Positions 39,700 to 54,305 of a DNA stretch of 64,000 bases are shown in pieces. How positions within the stretch are numbered: the first letter of the stretch is position 1; every line of letters starts with the position of its first letter. The notes below the pieces were generated by a model. The model did not search any database, had not been told where the DNA came from, and saw only the letters and a list, made by a program, of their open reading frames with translations. Source of the stretch: Eledone cirrhosa (Eukaryota); the NCBI GenBank assembly GCA_964016885.1, contig OZ024743.1, forward strand, positions 69,936,001-70,000,000, given 5' to 3'. The position numbers and the translations under genes were made by a program.

Positions 39700-39708
<9 letters not shown>
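39560..39708. repeat. Near-perfect palindrome (about 73-bp arms) at the end of a PLE pLTR fragment
   Basis: ataaacagttttatagataa..aaagttgaattg-c-caattcaacttt..ttatctataaaactgtttat. Confidence 0.9.
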
Positions 39709-39751
<43 letters not shown>

Positions 39752-40185
39752 AGAGACAGAAAGGAAAAGACATATATATATTTGACCATATGATGGCACC
39801 AATAAGATATGGCAGTTGCTCGAGTATATTATATCCGACTTTGTAAAGACTGTCAATTCCCCGCCTTCATTAATGTCGTATTAAACGCCAAATACTCTAA
39901 ATGATTTCCGTCATGCAAGTTTTATAAATGAAGCGGTATATATACAGAAGCGATATTGTAAAGACAGGAAAGTAGCGAAGTGGTTAGCACGTCGGATAGA
40001 ATATTTTGTGGTATTGGTTCCCGATTCGTTCCCGTTCTTTCTGCCCTAATCCCATCGAGGTCAACTGCCTTCATCAATTCGGGTTCAACAAAAACACTGC
40101 CAGTCTTGTACTTTGGTCGATTCTCCTATGTCTCTTTCTTTCTAACACACTCACACACACAAACACACACACACACACACACACA

Positions 40186-40242
<57 letters not shown>

Positions 40243-40299
40243 CCCCTCTCTCTCTCCCCCTCTCTCTCTCCCCCCCCCCTCTCTCTCTCTCTCTCTCTG

Positions 40300-40660
40300 G
40301 AAGGAAGGAATAGCTGTGCTCAGACGTGGACAGGGGATGAGCTCCGCAAGGGTTAAAATGCCCAAGATACGTGGTATCCCACTGCGGCACTTCTATGATT
40401 CCATCAGGTTCTTTGAGTCTATACATACATTGACATTTTACTAGATGCGGTGCGACTCAAAATTACGTCACCTTATTAACATCTAGGTGCAGTGCTTCAA
40501 GCAGTAATGGCGAGGACATGTTTTTGTTGAACCTGCGTCTGTTCCGAGGAAATATATTCCAATTATTTGGAACAGCGGAACATTCTGCTCCTGAAATAAT
40601 TGTGTAATGAGAGATCTTTGTCAGGTCTACTTTTGATGGTCTCTTTCGTGTCTGTCATCC
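40300..40660 (-). pseudogene. Ancient LINE RT remnant (RTE/CR1-like)
   Basis: PSKVDLTKISHYTIIS (compare PKKGDL..C.NYR.IS) followed by VCIDSK..GIP, with stops. Confidence 0.4.
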
Positions 40661-40732
40661 ACTCTACTACTATTCTTACAGACATTTCTATTAGAAGATG
40701 AAATGTACCTCACTAATCATCTCCTTTCTTTC

Positions 40733-40890
40733 ATAATTGTTTCTACTTTTGGCACAAAGCCAGCAATTATCCAGTGTATTACTGGTTGTTTATTTTATCG
40801 ACCCCGTAAGGATGAAAGGCAAAGTTAACCTCGACGGGATTTGAACTCAGACCGTAATAGGACGTAACTATGCTAGAAAGCATGACGTCC
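40733..40890 (-). mobile_element. tRNA-derived SINE
   Basis: Same body, reverse orientation, 5'-truncated. Confidence 0.85.
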
Positions 40891-41079
40891 AAAATACCTT
40901 TAGATATATCTCAACATTGTTGATCTATTACTGCCTTGTATAGCTAGTTGTTTTCATTCCACGTGCACCCTTAACGCTGATCAATTATATTACTGGTGCA
41001 ACCTATTTTTGACAGAATCAAACTAACGATTGAGAGACAAACACGAACCACTTAGCCCCATGTCTTCACGAGACATATG

Positions 41080-41148
<69 letters not shown>

Positions 41149-41671
41149 TTATTTATTTATATATGTATATATATATATATTTATACATGATCTCTGTGTG
41201 TTTATATTTCATGTGTTAATGAATATGTGCGACTGAATGTGAGTGATTGTGTGTGTTTTTATGTAAGTGTATGAGATTGTGTCTGAATGTATGTGACTGT
41301 GTGTGATTGTACGTGAGTGTGTGATTGTACGTGAGTGTGTGATTGTATGCATGAGTGCGGAGAGTGTAAATTTCCAAATTTGACTACTATCCGCCAGTTT
41401 TCGTTTTGATTCCCTTAATTCAGTAGGTCAGAGGTCAGATTCTTCCGAGGTCAAAGTTTGACAGAAAACGAAATATATTTTGGTTACACTGTAATTAAAT
41501 TCCAAATACAATAAACAAAGTTAGGCTAAACTATCGCATAAAAACACACAAACACAAACACATATATACATATACACACACAAACACACATATATACACA
41601 TATATAAACATACACATACACGCAGAGGAGATATGCTCGCTCAATCATAAACATATACACATACTCTCACA

Positions 41672-41707
<36 letters not shown>

Positions 41708-41889
41708 CATACAATCCTGTAGATAAATATATATATGTAAGAATTTACATATAATTGTACACATATATATAGCCAACTACCTCACACACACTCACACATT
41801 TATATATATATGTGCGTGTGTATATATACATATGTGTGTGTGTGCGTGTATATATATATGTATGTATATTTATATATGTTTGTGTACGC

Positions 41890-41928
<39 letters not shown>

Positions 41929-42159
41929 ACTGTGTGTATGTGTATGTGACTGTGTGTATGTGTATGTGACTGTGTGTATGTGTCTGTGTGATTGTGTGCC
42001 TGTCTGTATATGTGACTGTGTATGCGTATGTGACAGCGTGCATGTATCTGTATGGCTGTGTGCCTGTATGTGTATCTGGCTGTGTGTATGCATATGTATG
42101 GCTGTGTGTATGTATGTGTATCTGGCTCTGTGTATGTATCCGTATATATGACTGTGTAT

Positions 42160-43870
42160 ATGTATATCTGGCTGTGTGTATATATCTATGTGGTTGACTG
42201 CCTACCTGTGTATGTATGTGTATGGATGTGTGTATATATCTATGTGGTTGACTGCCTACCTGTGTATGTATGTGTATGGCTGTGTGTATATATCTATGTG
42301 GTTCACTGCCTACCTGTGTATGTATGTGTATGGCTGTGTGTATATATCTATGTGGTAGACTGTCTACCTGTGTATGTATGTGTATGGCTGTGTGTATATA
42401 TCTATGTGGTTCACTGCCTACCTGTGTATGTATGTGTATGGCTGTGTGTATATATCTATGTGGTTCACTGCCTACCTGTGTATGTATGTGTATGGCTGTG
42501 TGTATATATCTATGTGGTTGACTGCCTACCTGTGTATGTATGTGTATGGCTGTGTGTATATATCTATGTGGTTCACTGCCTACCTGTGTATGTATGTGTA
42601 TGGCTGTGTGTATATATCTATGTGGTTCACTGCCCACCTGTGTATGTATGTGTATGGCTGTGTGTATATATCTATGTGGTTCACTGCCTACCTGTGTATG
42701 TATGTGTATGGCTGTGTGTATATATCTATGTGGTTGACTGCCTACCTGTGTATGTATGTGTATGGCTGTGTGTATATATCTATGTGGTTGACTGCCTACC
42801 TGTGTATGTATGTGTATGGCTGTGTGTATATATCTATGTGGTTCACTGTCTACCTGTGTATGTATGTGTATGGCTGTGTGTATATATCTATGTGGTTCAC
42901 TACCTAACTCTGTATGTATGTGTATGGCTGTGTGTATATATCTATGTGGTTGACTGCCTACCTGTGTATGTATGTGTATGGCTGTGTGTATATATCTATG
43001 TGTTTGACTGCCTACCTGTGTATGTATGTGTATGGCTGTGTGTATATATCTATGTGGTTGACTGCCTACCTGTGTATGTATGTGTATGGCTGTGTGTATA
43101 TATCTATGTGGTTCACTGCCCACCTGTGTATGTATGTGTATGGCTGTGTGTATATATCTATGTGGTTGACTGCCTACCTGTGTATGTATGTGTATGGCTG
43201 TGTGTATATATCTATGTGGTTCACTGCCTAACTCTGTATGTATGTGTATGGCTGTGTGTATATATCTATGTGGTTCACTGCCTAACTCTGTATGTATGTG
43301 TATGGCTGTGTGTATATATCTATGTGGTTCACTGCCTACATGTGTATGTATGTGTATGGCTGTGAGTATATATATATGTGGTTCACTGCCTAACTCTGTA
43401 TGTATGTGTATGGCTGTGTGTATATATCTATGTGGTTCACTGCCTACCTGTGTATGTATGTGTATGGCTGTGTGTATATATATATGTGGTCCACTGCCTA
43501 ACTGTGTATGTATGTGTATGGCTGTGTGTATATATCTATGTGGTTTACTGCCTACCTGTGTATGGCTGTGTGTATATATCTATGTGGTTGACTGCCTACC
43601 TGTGTATGTATGTGTATGGCTGTGTGTATATATCTATGTGGTTCACTGTCTACCTGTGTATGTATGTGTATGGCTGTGTGTATATATCTATGTGGTTTAC
43701 TGCCTACCTGTGTATGGCTGTGTGTATATATCTATGTGGTTGACTGCCTACCTGTGTATGTATGTGTATGGCTGTGTGTATATATATATGTGGTTCACTG
43801 TCTACCTGTGTATGTATGTGTATGGCTGTGTGTATATATCTATGTGGTTCACTGCCCACCTGTGTATGTA
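42160..43870. repeat. 54-bp minisatellite, about 31 units
   Basis: Unit tggctgtgtgtatatatctatgtggttcactgcctacctgtgtatgtatgtgta. The 18-aa periodic ORFs are artefacts of it. Confidence 0.95.
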
Positions 43871-44025
43871 TATGACACTCTGTCTGTGTCTGTAATGACA
43901 GAGAAGGTTACCCAACATTTGGAGATCTCTTACAATATCATCTAATTATTCCGTTCCACCTCTTCCTACACAAATCTCTGATAATTCCACATCATTTTAA
44001 ATGATTCTTATTCTTTATATAGAAC

Positions 44026-44392
44026 TCACCAACAAAACATCATCATCATATTCATAACCATCATCATCATCATATTCATGATCATCATCATCATATTCAT
44101 AACCATCATCATCATCATCATCGTCATATTCATCATCATCATCATCATATTCATAACCATCATCACCATCATCATCACCATTAACATTATGAACACCATC
44201 ATCATCACCATCATTATCATCATCAACATCATCATCATCAACATCACCATCATGATCATCACCATTATCACCATCATCATCATCAACAACACCATCATCA
44301 TCATCACCATCATCACCATCGTCATCATTAACATCACCATCATCATCATTAACATCACCATCATCACCATAAACATCACCATCATCACCATC

Positions 44393-44424
<32 letters not shown>

Positions 44425-44930
44425 TAACATCATCACCATCATCATCATCATTAACATCACCATCACCACCATCACCATCATCACCACCATCACCATCATC
44501 ACCACCATCACCATCACCATTAACATCCTCATACTGATAATCAAGAAAGTGATAAATGTAGATGCTGATATTAGTGTTATTAAGGTTAGGGTCGTGGCGG
44601 TGGCGCCGTTGTTGCTGGTGGTGGTGATGATGGTAATATTAGTAGTATTAGGGTAATGTGGCGGTGGTGATGGTGGTGGTGATAATGGTAGTATTAGTAG
44701 CATTAGGGTTATGGTGGCGGCGGTGTTGCTTTTGTTGCTGGTGGTGATAATGTTAATGCTGATGATGGTAATATTAAGTTTATAGTGGTGGCGGCTGTGT
44801 TGTTGTTGTTCTTGGCGGTGTCAATTGTGATGTTGGTTGTGTAGGTGGCGGCCTTGTTGGTAATTTGATTGTTGTTGATGGTGGAGTTATTAAACGGGAA
44901 GACAGTGGTCGCAATCATGATGGTGGCCTA
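44026..44930. repeat. Compound trinucleotide low-complexity tract: (CAT/CAC)n then (GGT/GTT)n
   Basis: Seen directly. The poly-His frame is interrupted by TAA stops. Confidence 0.85.
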
Positions 44931-45071
44931 AATATTGGTATTTTGTTCTGGTCTGCATTAGATATGGTCAGTGAGAAGGAAATAATGCTTAGCTCTAATT
45001 TAATGATGTATGCTAAGTCAACTAAAATGTATATCTTGTTTGTTTTATTTCTCGCGCCGACGGGCTGGCGG

Positions 45072-45128
<57 letters not shown>

Positions 45129-45257
45129 TTGTGTTTAATGGTAGCTAAGATGCTTCCAGAGGCGGTATGCCAGTTGGGCACTCTATGTTCTTACAGAGCA
45201 GATTGTGATATAATATAAAACGAAAAGTTAGTGATGCATCTGGACTCAATTTATTAT

Positions 45258-45503
45258 GTGTTACAATTGTTTCGCCGGCAGACAGCTCGAGACAGGATTA
45301 TTGTGTGGATCTGTCTGATTCTGGAACTGCAGCTTCGTCGGACACTTGCATTAATTTCGGATCAAATTTTCTCACAAATTTTCTCGTGAGAAAATTTGTT
45401 CCGAAATTATTGCAAGTGTCCGACGAACCTGCAGTTCTAGAATCAGACAGATTCACACAATGATCCTGTCTCGAGCTGTCTGCCGGTGAAACAATTGTAA
45501 CAC
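45258..45503. ncRNA. Inverted pair of hammerheads with CCGACGA core (45258-45345 minus; 45416-45503 plus)
   Basis: gtgt-CCGACGA-acctgcag..ctgccggt-GAAAC-aatt-GTA-acac, inside the 45134-45628 fold-back. Confidence 0.72.
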
Positions 45504-45638
45504 ATAATAAATTGTGTCCAGATGCATCACTGATTTTTTGTTTTATATTATATCACAATCTGCTCTGTAAGAACATAGAGTGCCCAACTGGCCTACCGCC
45601 TATGGAAGCATCTTAGCTACCATTAAACCCCCCCCCCC

Positions 45639-45699
<61 letters not shown>

Positions 45700-45839
45700 G
45701 AGTTAAACAAGATTCAATGAGTATATCAATGAATGAGTTTTACAGTAGATTGGAAGCACTCTATGGGAAATTATTTTCCAGAGTTATTAATATTAAAATA
45801 CAAATATTAATAAAATAGATGTTCTTTTGATCAATTACT

Positions 45840-46044
45840 TTTTATTATACATATTTCGGATGTACAACAGTATGTCCTCATCAGACAAAATATAATGATA
45901 CATGACATACCCTGAGATGTTAAATGGTTAAAATTTAATCGATTAAATCTTAACCATTTAACATCTCAAGGTATGTCATGTATCATTATATTTTGTCTGA
46001 TGAGGACATACTGCTGTACATCCGAAATATGTATAATAAAATAT
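45840..46044. ncRNA. Inverted pair of type I hammerheads (45840-45890 minus; 45988-46044 plus)
   Basis: atattttgt-CTGATGA-gga..tcc-GAAAT-atgt-ATA-ataaaatat, inside the 45790-46090 palindrome. Confidence 0.8.
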
Positions 46045-46105
46045 AATTGATCAAAAGAACATCTATTTTATTAATATTTGTATTTTAATATATATATTGG
46101 TGTGT

Positions 46106-46225
<120 letters not shown>

Positions 46226-46474
46226 TAAAATACAAATATTAATAGATTTTCTTTTGATCAATTACATTTTATTATACATATTTCGACAGTTAATCGACTT
46301 TCTTCAAATCGGACCGAGGAAACAATGTTTCCGTTGGTCTTTCCAATTGCTAGTACTCTCTATCGGTCGCAACTCCAGGTAGAATGAATAACGTGAAATA
46401 AAGTGTCTTGCTCAAGGACACAACACACCAGCCGGTCCAAGAATCGAACTCAGAACCTCATGATTGCGAATATA

Positions 46475-46676
<202 letters not shown>

Positions 46677-47659
46677 GTGTGTGTGTATAAAACTTTGATA
46701 GTTTCCGACCATCATTGACCCAGGTTATGTTATAACCTAGTAACACCACGTGGTTTTGCTTTTTAAAACTCTTATTTCAAACTTAAGTCAAACTTTGAAC
46801 ACCGTAATCCACTTAAGGGCGTGATGTTTTTCTTTTCTTTTTTTCGGGAGAGTTATCCGGTGAATACAGGGGTTTTATCTGGAAATTCTTTGAGGAATTT
46901 CTCCAAGAACAATTTGTATCATAAAGATATTTTCCTTCCTTAATGGTTCACTATAATATTAAATAGGGAAAAATATTTGAGGTGAAATAGTTCTGCCCTT
47001 ATTTTCTTATGTAATGTTAGCTCGTTTTTTTCTATGGGACGAATGACACAGCTTTAGGTAATTTATAAAGTTGATACTAGCATCATCTGACAATGTTCAT
47101 AGAAAAACATTACATCATGCATATGATGTAATGTTCAAGACAGCAATGGAAATATATATACAATGATGACTTTTTGAACTGATTACAATAATCAAAACAG
47201 GGCATGTTATTTATTCTTATCATTATTATGGCGACCCCGGTCGCATTGAGAAAGGGCAAGAAGAAGGAGATTATTATATGAAATTTTTTTTTTTATTCTG
47301 CTTCTCCATCCCCACCCTCTCCCCACCATAACACGCCGAGTATCAAAATGCCACCTGTGGCAAAATTTGAAAATATACATATTTTACAATCTGGGAACAA
47401 AAAGGGTACTGAAAAATATTTGGACTGGATACTTGGGAAACCATCTCTGCAAGGGATATAGAAAATTGTGCTGAGAAGGGTGTTTATTAATGTAAAAACC
47501 TTGCAAAGGCATTTACTGATGTTTGTGACTTTATGGCATCATCTGTAAGATAATTGGATGTAAAATATGTGTATTATCAAATTTTACCTCAGGTGTCGGG
47601 TTGACACCCGGCATGGTTTGGAAAAGAAGTTGAATTTAGAAGAAGTTTCAAATAATAAT

Positions 47660-48129
47660 AATAATTGTTTCTACTTTTGGCACAAGGCCGGCAATTATAC
47701 CAGTGTGTTACTGGTACTTCATTTTATCGACACCGTAGTGATGAAATGCAAATTAACCTCGGCTGGATTTGAACTGAGCCAATCCACAAATAATAATTGT
47801 TACTACTTTTCGCACAAAGCCAGCAATTATCCCAGTGTATTACTGGTACTTTATTCTATCTACCCCGTAAGGATGAAAGGCAAAGTTGACCTTGGCGGGA
47901 TTTGAACTAAACCATAAAGGGCTGTAACTCTTTGCTGCAAAGCATGGCGTTCGACCCTCTACTGATACTGCCAATCCACCGTCCAAATAATAATTGTTTC
48001 TACTTTAGGCACAAGGCTAGCAATTAACCAGTGCATTACTGGTACTTTATTTTATCGACCCCGTAAGGATGAAAAGCAAAGTCAACCTCGGCGGGATTTG
48101 AACTCAGAGTGGCAAGGGCCGTAACTCCC
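47660..48129 (-). mobile_element. Three head-to-tail SINE copies (about 47660-47778, 47790-47980, 47986-48129)
   Basis: Each begins on + with aataattgtttctact..cacaa, separated by short (AAT)n. Confidence 0.88.
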
Positions 48130-48167
<38 letters not shown>

Positions 48168-48174
48168 TAATAAT

Positions 48175-48295
48175 GGAGGTTTCGGGTCGGTATCAGAAAA
48201 TCTCCAGAAAAACCTTGATAAATTTGCGATTACATCCACATTACAACATTGCAAAAGACCATGCTTTTGGTAATAGCAAATATCCTGTCTACCTG
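48175..48295 (+). pseudogene. C-terminal remnant of an REL-endonuclease LINE (R4/Dong-like) next to (AAT)n
   Basis: GGFGSVSENLQKNLDKFAI..(frameshift) LQKTMLLVIANILST* resembles the GALG..L...LQK..LLG.A.IL C-terminus. Confidence 0.5.
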
Positions 48296-48504
48296 AGATT
48301 ACATAATTTGATAGGGAATCAAATTACTTTGAAAGTATTGGCCATGCCAACCATATCGGTATCAATGAAACCAGAGCAGTATATTTTCTGTAGAAGGTCA
48401 GCCATTCTTTTAGCATTAATATAGAGAATAATATGTTCGGCAATCTTTGGTCCGATAAATGAAACAGCGTCCTTATGTTTCATATATATGTATCTATCTA
48501 TCTA

Positions 48505-48569
<65 letters not shown>

Positions 48570-48881
48570 CTGTGCGTGTGTGTGTGTGTAACATCATCTA
48601 TCTATTTCTGATTCGATATAGATACACATACGTATCAAGAAAAATACACTGTCTCTCTCTCTATATATATATATCTATCTATATATATATATACATACAT
48701 ATATTTATATATATATATATATATACACAGATATATATAGCTCTATGTGCAAGTTTGTGGTGTGTGTGTGTGTGTGTGTGAATGTGCGTGTATATACAGA
48801 GTGTGTGAGAGAGAGAGAAAGAAAGATAGAACAAAAAGAGAGAGAGAGAGAGGGGGGGAGAGAGAGAGGGGGGGAGAGAGG

Positions 48882-48948
<67 letters not shown>

Positions 48949-49769
48949 GAGAGACGGGGAGGTTGATTGAAAAAGATATTTAGGTAATTTACAAATTGCT
49001 TTCATGTTATAGTCAATTTATCAGCTTCAGATATGGTTAGTGTTGTACACGGCGGTGAAATTAACTCAATTTGATATATATATATATGGAGTGAGATATT
49101 GAACATATCAGAGATTTGATAACTTTCTGATAGAAAATATAAACTGACATTTTAGTGCTGATAACGTATACACCTGATGACAATGGCAATAGCTCGATAG
49201 CATTTAATATATTTTAGAATATCTCCTGAGGATTGCCATATTTTCTGTTTAACAGAATTTATAGGATGTGTTATAATGTATTAGTGCTCAATTGTCATAT
49301 TCGTTTGAGCGCCTGATTAAATGTTTCGGTATTTTTCCGCTTTACTACACTCTGGGTTGAAATCCCGTTGAGGATATCGTTACCTTTCATCCTATCGGGA
49401 TCGATGAAGAATGCACCAGTTCAGAGGCTGTGAATTAACGGAATTAATAAATCTAGCAGCTTTGTATTACCTAATCCGGTTAGGTGTAAACCAAATTCAA
49501 ATCCCGCCTCCTACTCTCAGGCAAGCTCGAAAACGAACCGGCAACTAGCATTTGCAATGGAACGATCAATGGAAACATTGTTTCCTTGGCTTCATCTGAC
49601 AATGAGCTCTTCTCTTTTTAACTAAGGTAACGAATTGGGGAAATGTCTTTTCGTAGCAATTCTCAGATACTGTGCAAAATAGTGCGAATTGTTTACAACA
49701 GTGAACATTACATACACGTTAGTGCCCATATATATAGCTATGAAATCAATGTAGAATAGGTATAAAATT

Positions 49770-50300
49770 ATAAAAGTTAGCTATTAATATAATATGCACT
49801 ATATAGAAATATAGACATGTTAGATATGGAGAGATTGTGGACAATGTAGCAATATATAGTTGGTATCTGTGGACAGAGTGTTGACTACATTGAAATATAA
49901 ACATATTTATGGTGAGATCTTGGATAAATACAAATGTAGGCTAGCTTTTGACAGAATGTGGACTACTTAGAAAGATATACATGTCCGATATAAATAGCGT
50001 GTGACTAAATAGCAATATATACATGGTATGGGAACTGTGTGGTGTAGCTAGAAATATATTCATGTGTATAGAGAGATCTTGAATTAGATACAAAAGTATC
50101 CATGTTAGCGTTTGACAGAGTGTGGACTGATAAGAAAGATATACATGTTAGCTATGAACAGTGTGGATTAAATAGTAATATATATATACATAGTATGGAC
50201 AACCTCGGTAGAAAGATATACACATGCTAGAAAAGAAGAGAAGGTGGCCTTGGTAAAAATCTATACATGCTGCATATAAATAAAAACTGGACTAGATATA
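49770..50300. repeat. Degenerate tandem repeat of about 42 bp
   Basis: Recurrent gtggact..tagaaa..atatacatgttagctatggacaga-like units. Confidence 0.6.
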
Positions 50301-50938
50301 TGAATATGTTTGATAAGGGGAAAAAAATTACCAGTCATGTATTGGCGTCGATGTAATATTTCTCTAAAGCATTCTTTCTGTGAATTGAAATAAAATAGGA
50401 GAGTATTACCTTTGGCTAGTCTCAATGATTTGGCCAGGAATATGGTGGATACCAATAAACTCCTACAAGAGAACACCGGTTTGAAAATAACCAGGTATAT
50501 CTCACCATTAATGATTCATGATAGCTAACATTATTGATTGATGTAAGGCATATATCGATTAGCCCCTTACCATGAATATAAAGAGGACGCTGTTTGCTTA
50601 TGTGTATATGGGAGCATGGGTGTATCTGTGTGTATTGAGGGCGAGTTTGCTTTGTTGATTTACGGTCAAACATGACTCATAAATAAACACAAGCTTTCTC
50701 CTCCTCTTCTTCACTTGCCAGAATCTTTATCTCAATCTAGTCCCCTCTCACACGATGGCTATCTGTGTGAGATTATCTGTGCATGTATGTCTTTTAAACA
50801 CTGTCTTAATTCAGATATATTGCTGTCATTACATTCTAATAACCTTTCCATCATCATGTGTGGGTTTCTAAGTATATGTCTGTGGGTGTGGCTGTGTGAG
50901 TGTGTGCGTGTGTTTGTGTGTGTGAGTGTGTGTGTATG

Positions 50939-50989
<51 letters not shown>

Positions 50990-51159
50990 ATATATATATG
51001 TGTGTGTGAGTGTGTGTGTGTGTGATTCTGTCTGTAGGCTGGTGCGGGTAGATGTGTGAGGAGGAATATATTGCGAATCCGTGTTAGTATACCTTTCAAA
51101 AGACTGGTTTTATGTGCTTGTATGGTTGTTCTATAATGTTTGTAAACATGTATGTATGA

Positions 51160-51195
<36 letters not shown>

Positions 51196-51232
51196 TTGTA
51201 TGCATATATATATATATATTTATTTATTTATT

Positions 51233-51263
<31 letters not shown>

Positions 51264-51692
51264 AAGAGAAAAAGAAAAAAAGAGTTGCAGTGAGAAGTTG
51301 AAAGAAAAAGGGACGAAAAAGGAAAAACAAACTACTTAGTGTGAAGTTGGCAGAAATTTACACAAGTCTATTCATTCATATGCATGTATGTAGAATAGTA
51401 GAATATATATACACACACACACATATATATATATATATATTGTAAAGCATTTTTTGCTATAACTCCACTATTCAACGTGACATGCATCATATCACCATAC
51501 ATGTATACCAATCAATATTTTAGTATTCTATCTATCTCTCTATCAATATGTCTGTCTTTCTATCTATAGATCTATCTATTTATCTACCAACCTAAATAAT
51601 CATATATATATACATATATATATGTCCATATATATATACATATATATATGTCCATATATATACATTTATAAGTATATATACATATATATAAG

Positions 51693-51774
<82 letters not shown>

Positions 51775-51802
51775 TATGTCTATATATATATAGATATATA
51801 TG

Positions 51803-51838
<36 letters not shown>

Positions 51839-51848
51839 GATATATATG

Positions 51849-51897
<49 letters not shown>

Positions 51898-52010
51898 TAT
51901 ATACATATATATATACATATATATATACATATATATATACATATATATATACATATATATATACATATATGTGCATATATATATATATGTATATATATAC
52001 ATATATGTGC

Positions 52011-52098
<88 letters not shown>

Positions 52099-52199
52099 AA
52101 TCAAGGTTTAGCAAATAAGAAAAAGTAAAAAAATAAAAAAATCCACTGTACCTGCTATGGTTATATATACATATACATATATATATATATATGTATATA

Positions 52200-52258
<59 letters not shown>

Positions 52259-52330
52259 AATCAAGGTTTAGCAAATAAGAAAAAGTAAAAAAATAAAAAA
52301 ATCCACTGTACCTGCTATGGTTATATATAC

Positions 52331-52390
<60 letters not shown>

Positions 52391-53019
52391 TTGTGTGTGT
52401 GTGTGTGTGTGTGTCTGTGTCTGTATGGGTATCCATCTACATGTCTCTCCGACTATTTATATATCAATCAACCTCTCTATCCATCCATCACTCTATCCGA
52501 CCATCCATCCATCTATCTATGTATCTATGTATCTGTCTATCTAACGAAATTAATTCGTACCTGTCTTCACTTTATTTATTTGTCTATAAATATGTTTGCT
52601 TTTTTTTCGTCATGTCTATTCACTATCAATATCAATGAGTAGCAAAGATCGTAGTAGATTTACTATTTTTTTTTCTACCTGTTTTAATGTCCATGGAATT
52701 GGACGAGGCCATCACAGCTATAAAAATATATCACAGTAGGTTGTATCTAGTTAAAAGTAATGCAAGTGACTCAGCAGAAAAATTATAGTTACGTATAGAG
52801 TTAATGAGCTTTTCATAGCAGAGAATTTTCATGGAGGTGATTTACCTGTTTCAATGGAAAGATGTTTCTTTTTAATCTTTATCTTTAGCTTCATAGCATT
52901 CATTGATACTGTTGACGCCATTTTGATATGACACCCTGTGGCTATATAAATATATATAGATACATGTATATATAAATATAAATGTATAAATATATATAGA
53001 TACATGTATATATATATAC

Positions 53020-53075
<56 letters not shown>

Positions 53076-53298
53076 CTATATATATTTATATATACTTGTA
53101 TGTACATATATACATACATTTATATATATATACATGTATGTATATGTATACATACATTTATATATATATACATGTATGTATATATACACACACACACGCA
53201 CACACATATATATATGTGTGTTATATATGTATGTATACATATTTATATATATATATATATATTTATATATATGTATATACATATCTACATATATACAC

Positions 53299-53329
<31 letters not shown>

Positions 53330-53391
53330 CAAGTGTATACATGATTATATATGTGTGTTTCGCTGTTTACATTTATAAATAAATATATATA

Positions 53392-53575
<184 letters not shown>

Positions 53576-53670
53576 TATATATATATATATATATATAAGT
53601 ATATATATATATATATACATATATATACATATATAATATACATATACATACATATATACACATAAATATA

Positions 53671-53732
<62 letters not shown>

Positions 53733-53744
53733 TACATAAATATA

Positions 53745-53806
<62 letters not shown>

Positions 53807-53818
53807 TACATAAATATA

Positions 53819-53929
<111 letters not shown>

Positions 53930-53973
53930 TGATATATATACATATACATATATATGTATATACACACACACAT

Positions 53974-54010
<37 letters not shown>

Positions 54011-54229
54011 ACACATAGACTGATATATATATATATCAGTCTATGTGTTAGTGTACATTAGTAGATATAGTAGTGTGTGTGTTTGTGCCAAGTCACTAAT
54101 GAGAACAATATGGTAAGTCAGTCATAGGACACTTCTCATCAAAGCGTTTTATGTATTGGGTTGAATAATTGCTCCATCTCGTCTTACACACAGGGCACAC
54201 ATATATCAAGACCTTTTTGTGTATATATA

Positions 54230-54305
<76 letters not shown>

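Noticed and set aside
40472-40590. Apparent GT-AG exon on the minus strand (AECSAVPNNWNIFPR..)
   Set aside because: Lies inside a decayed LINE RT remnant whose motifs continue across both apparent splice sites.
44026-44703. Poly-Met, poly-Ile or poly-His ORFs
   Set aside because: (CAT)n low-complexity tract; the His frame has stops and there is no exon context.
46850-47620. Series of splice-acceptor-like sites and an open frame on the minus strand
   Set aside because: No coherent protein. The plus strand shows faint RT-like traces (HAYDV, YLG), too weak to annotate.
50332-50617. Possible two-exon start of a secreted p24/GOLD-like protein on the minus strand (MLPYTH..SLLVSTIFLAKSLRLAKGNTLLFYFNSQKECFREILHRRQYMTG) with plausible GT/AG sites
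   Set aside because: No downstream exons found. The same DNA also reads as a decayed LINE RT (INGE..F.TGVL..SLL.STIF). RNA-seq or BLAST is needed to decide.
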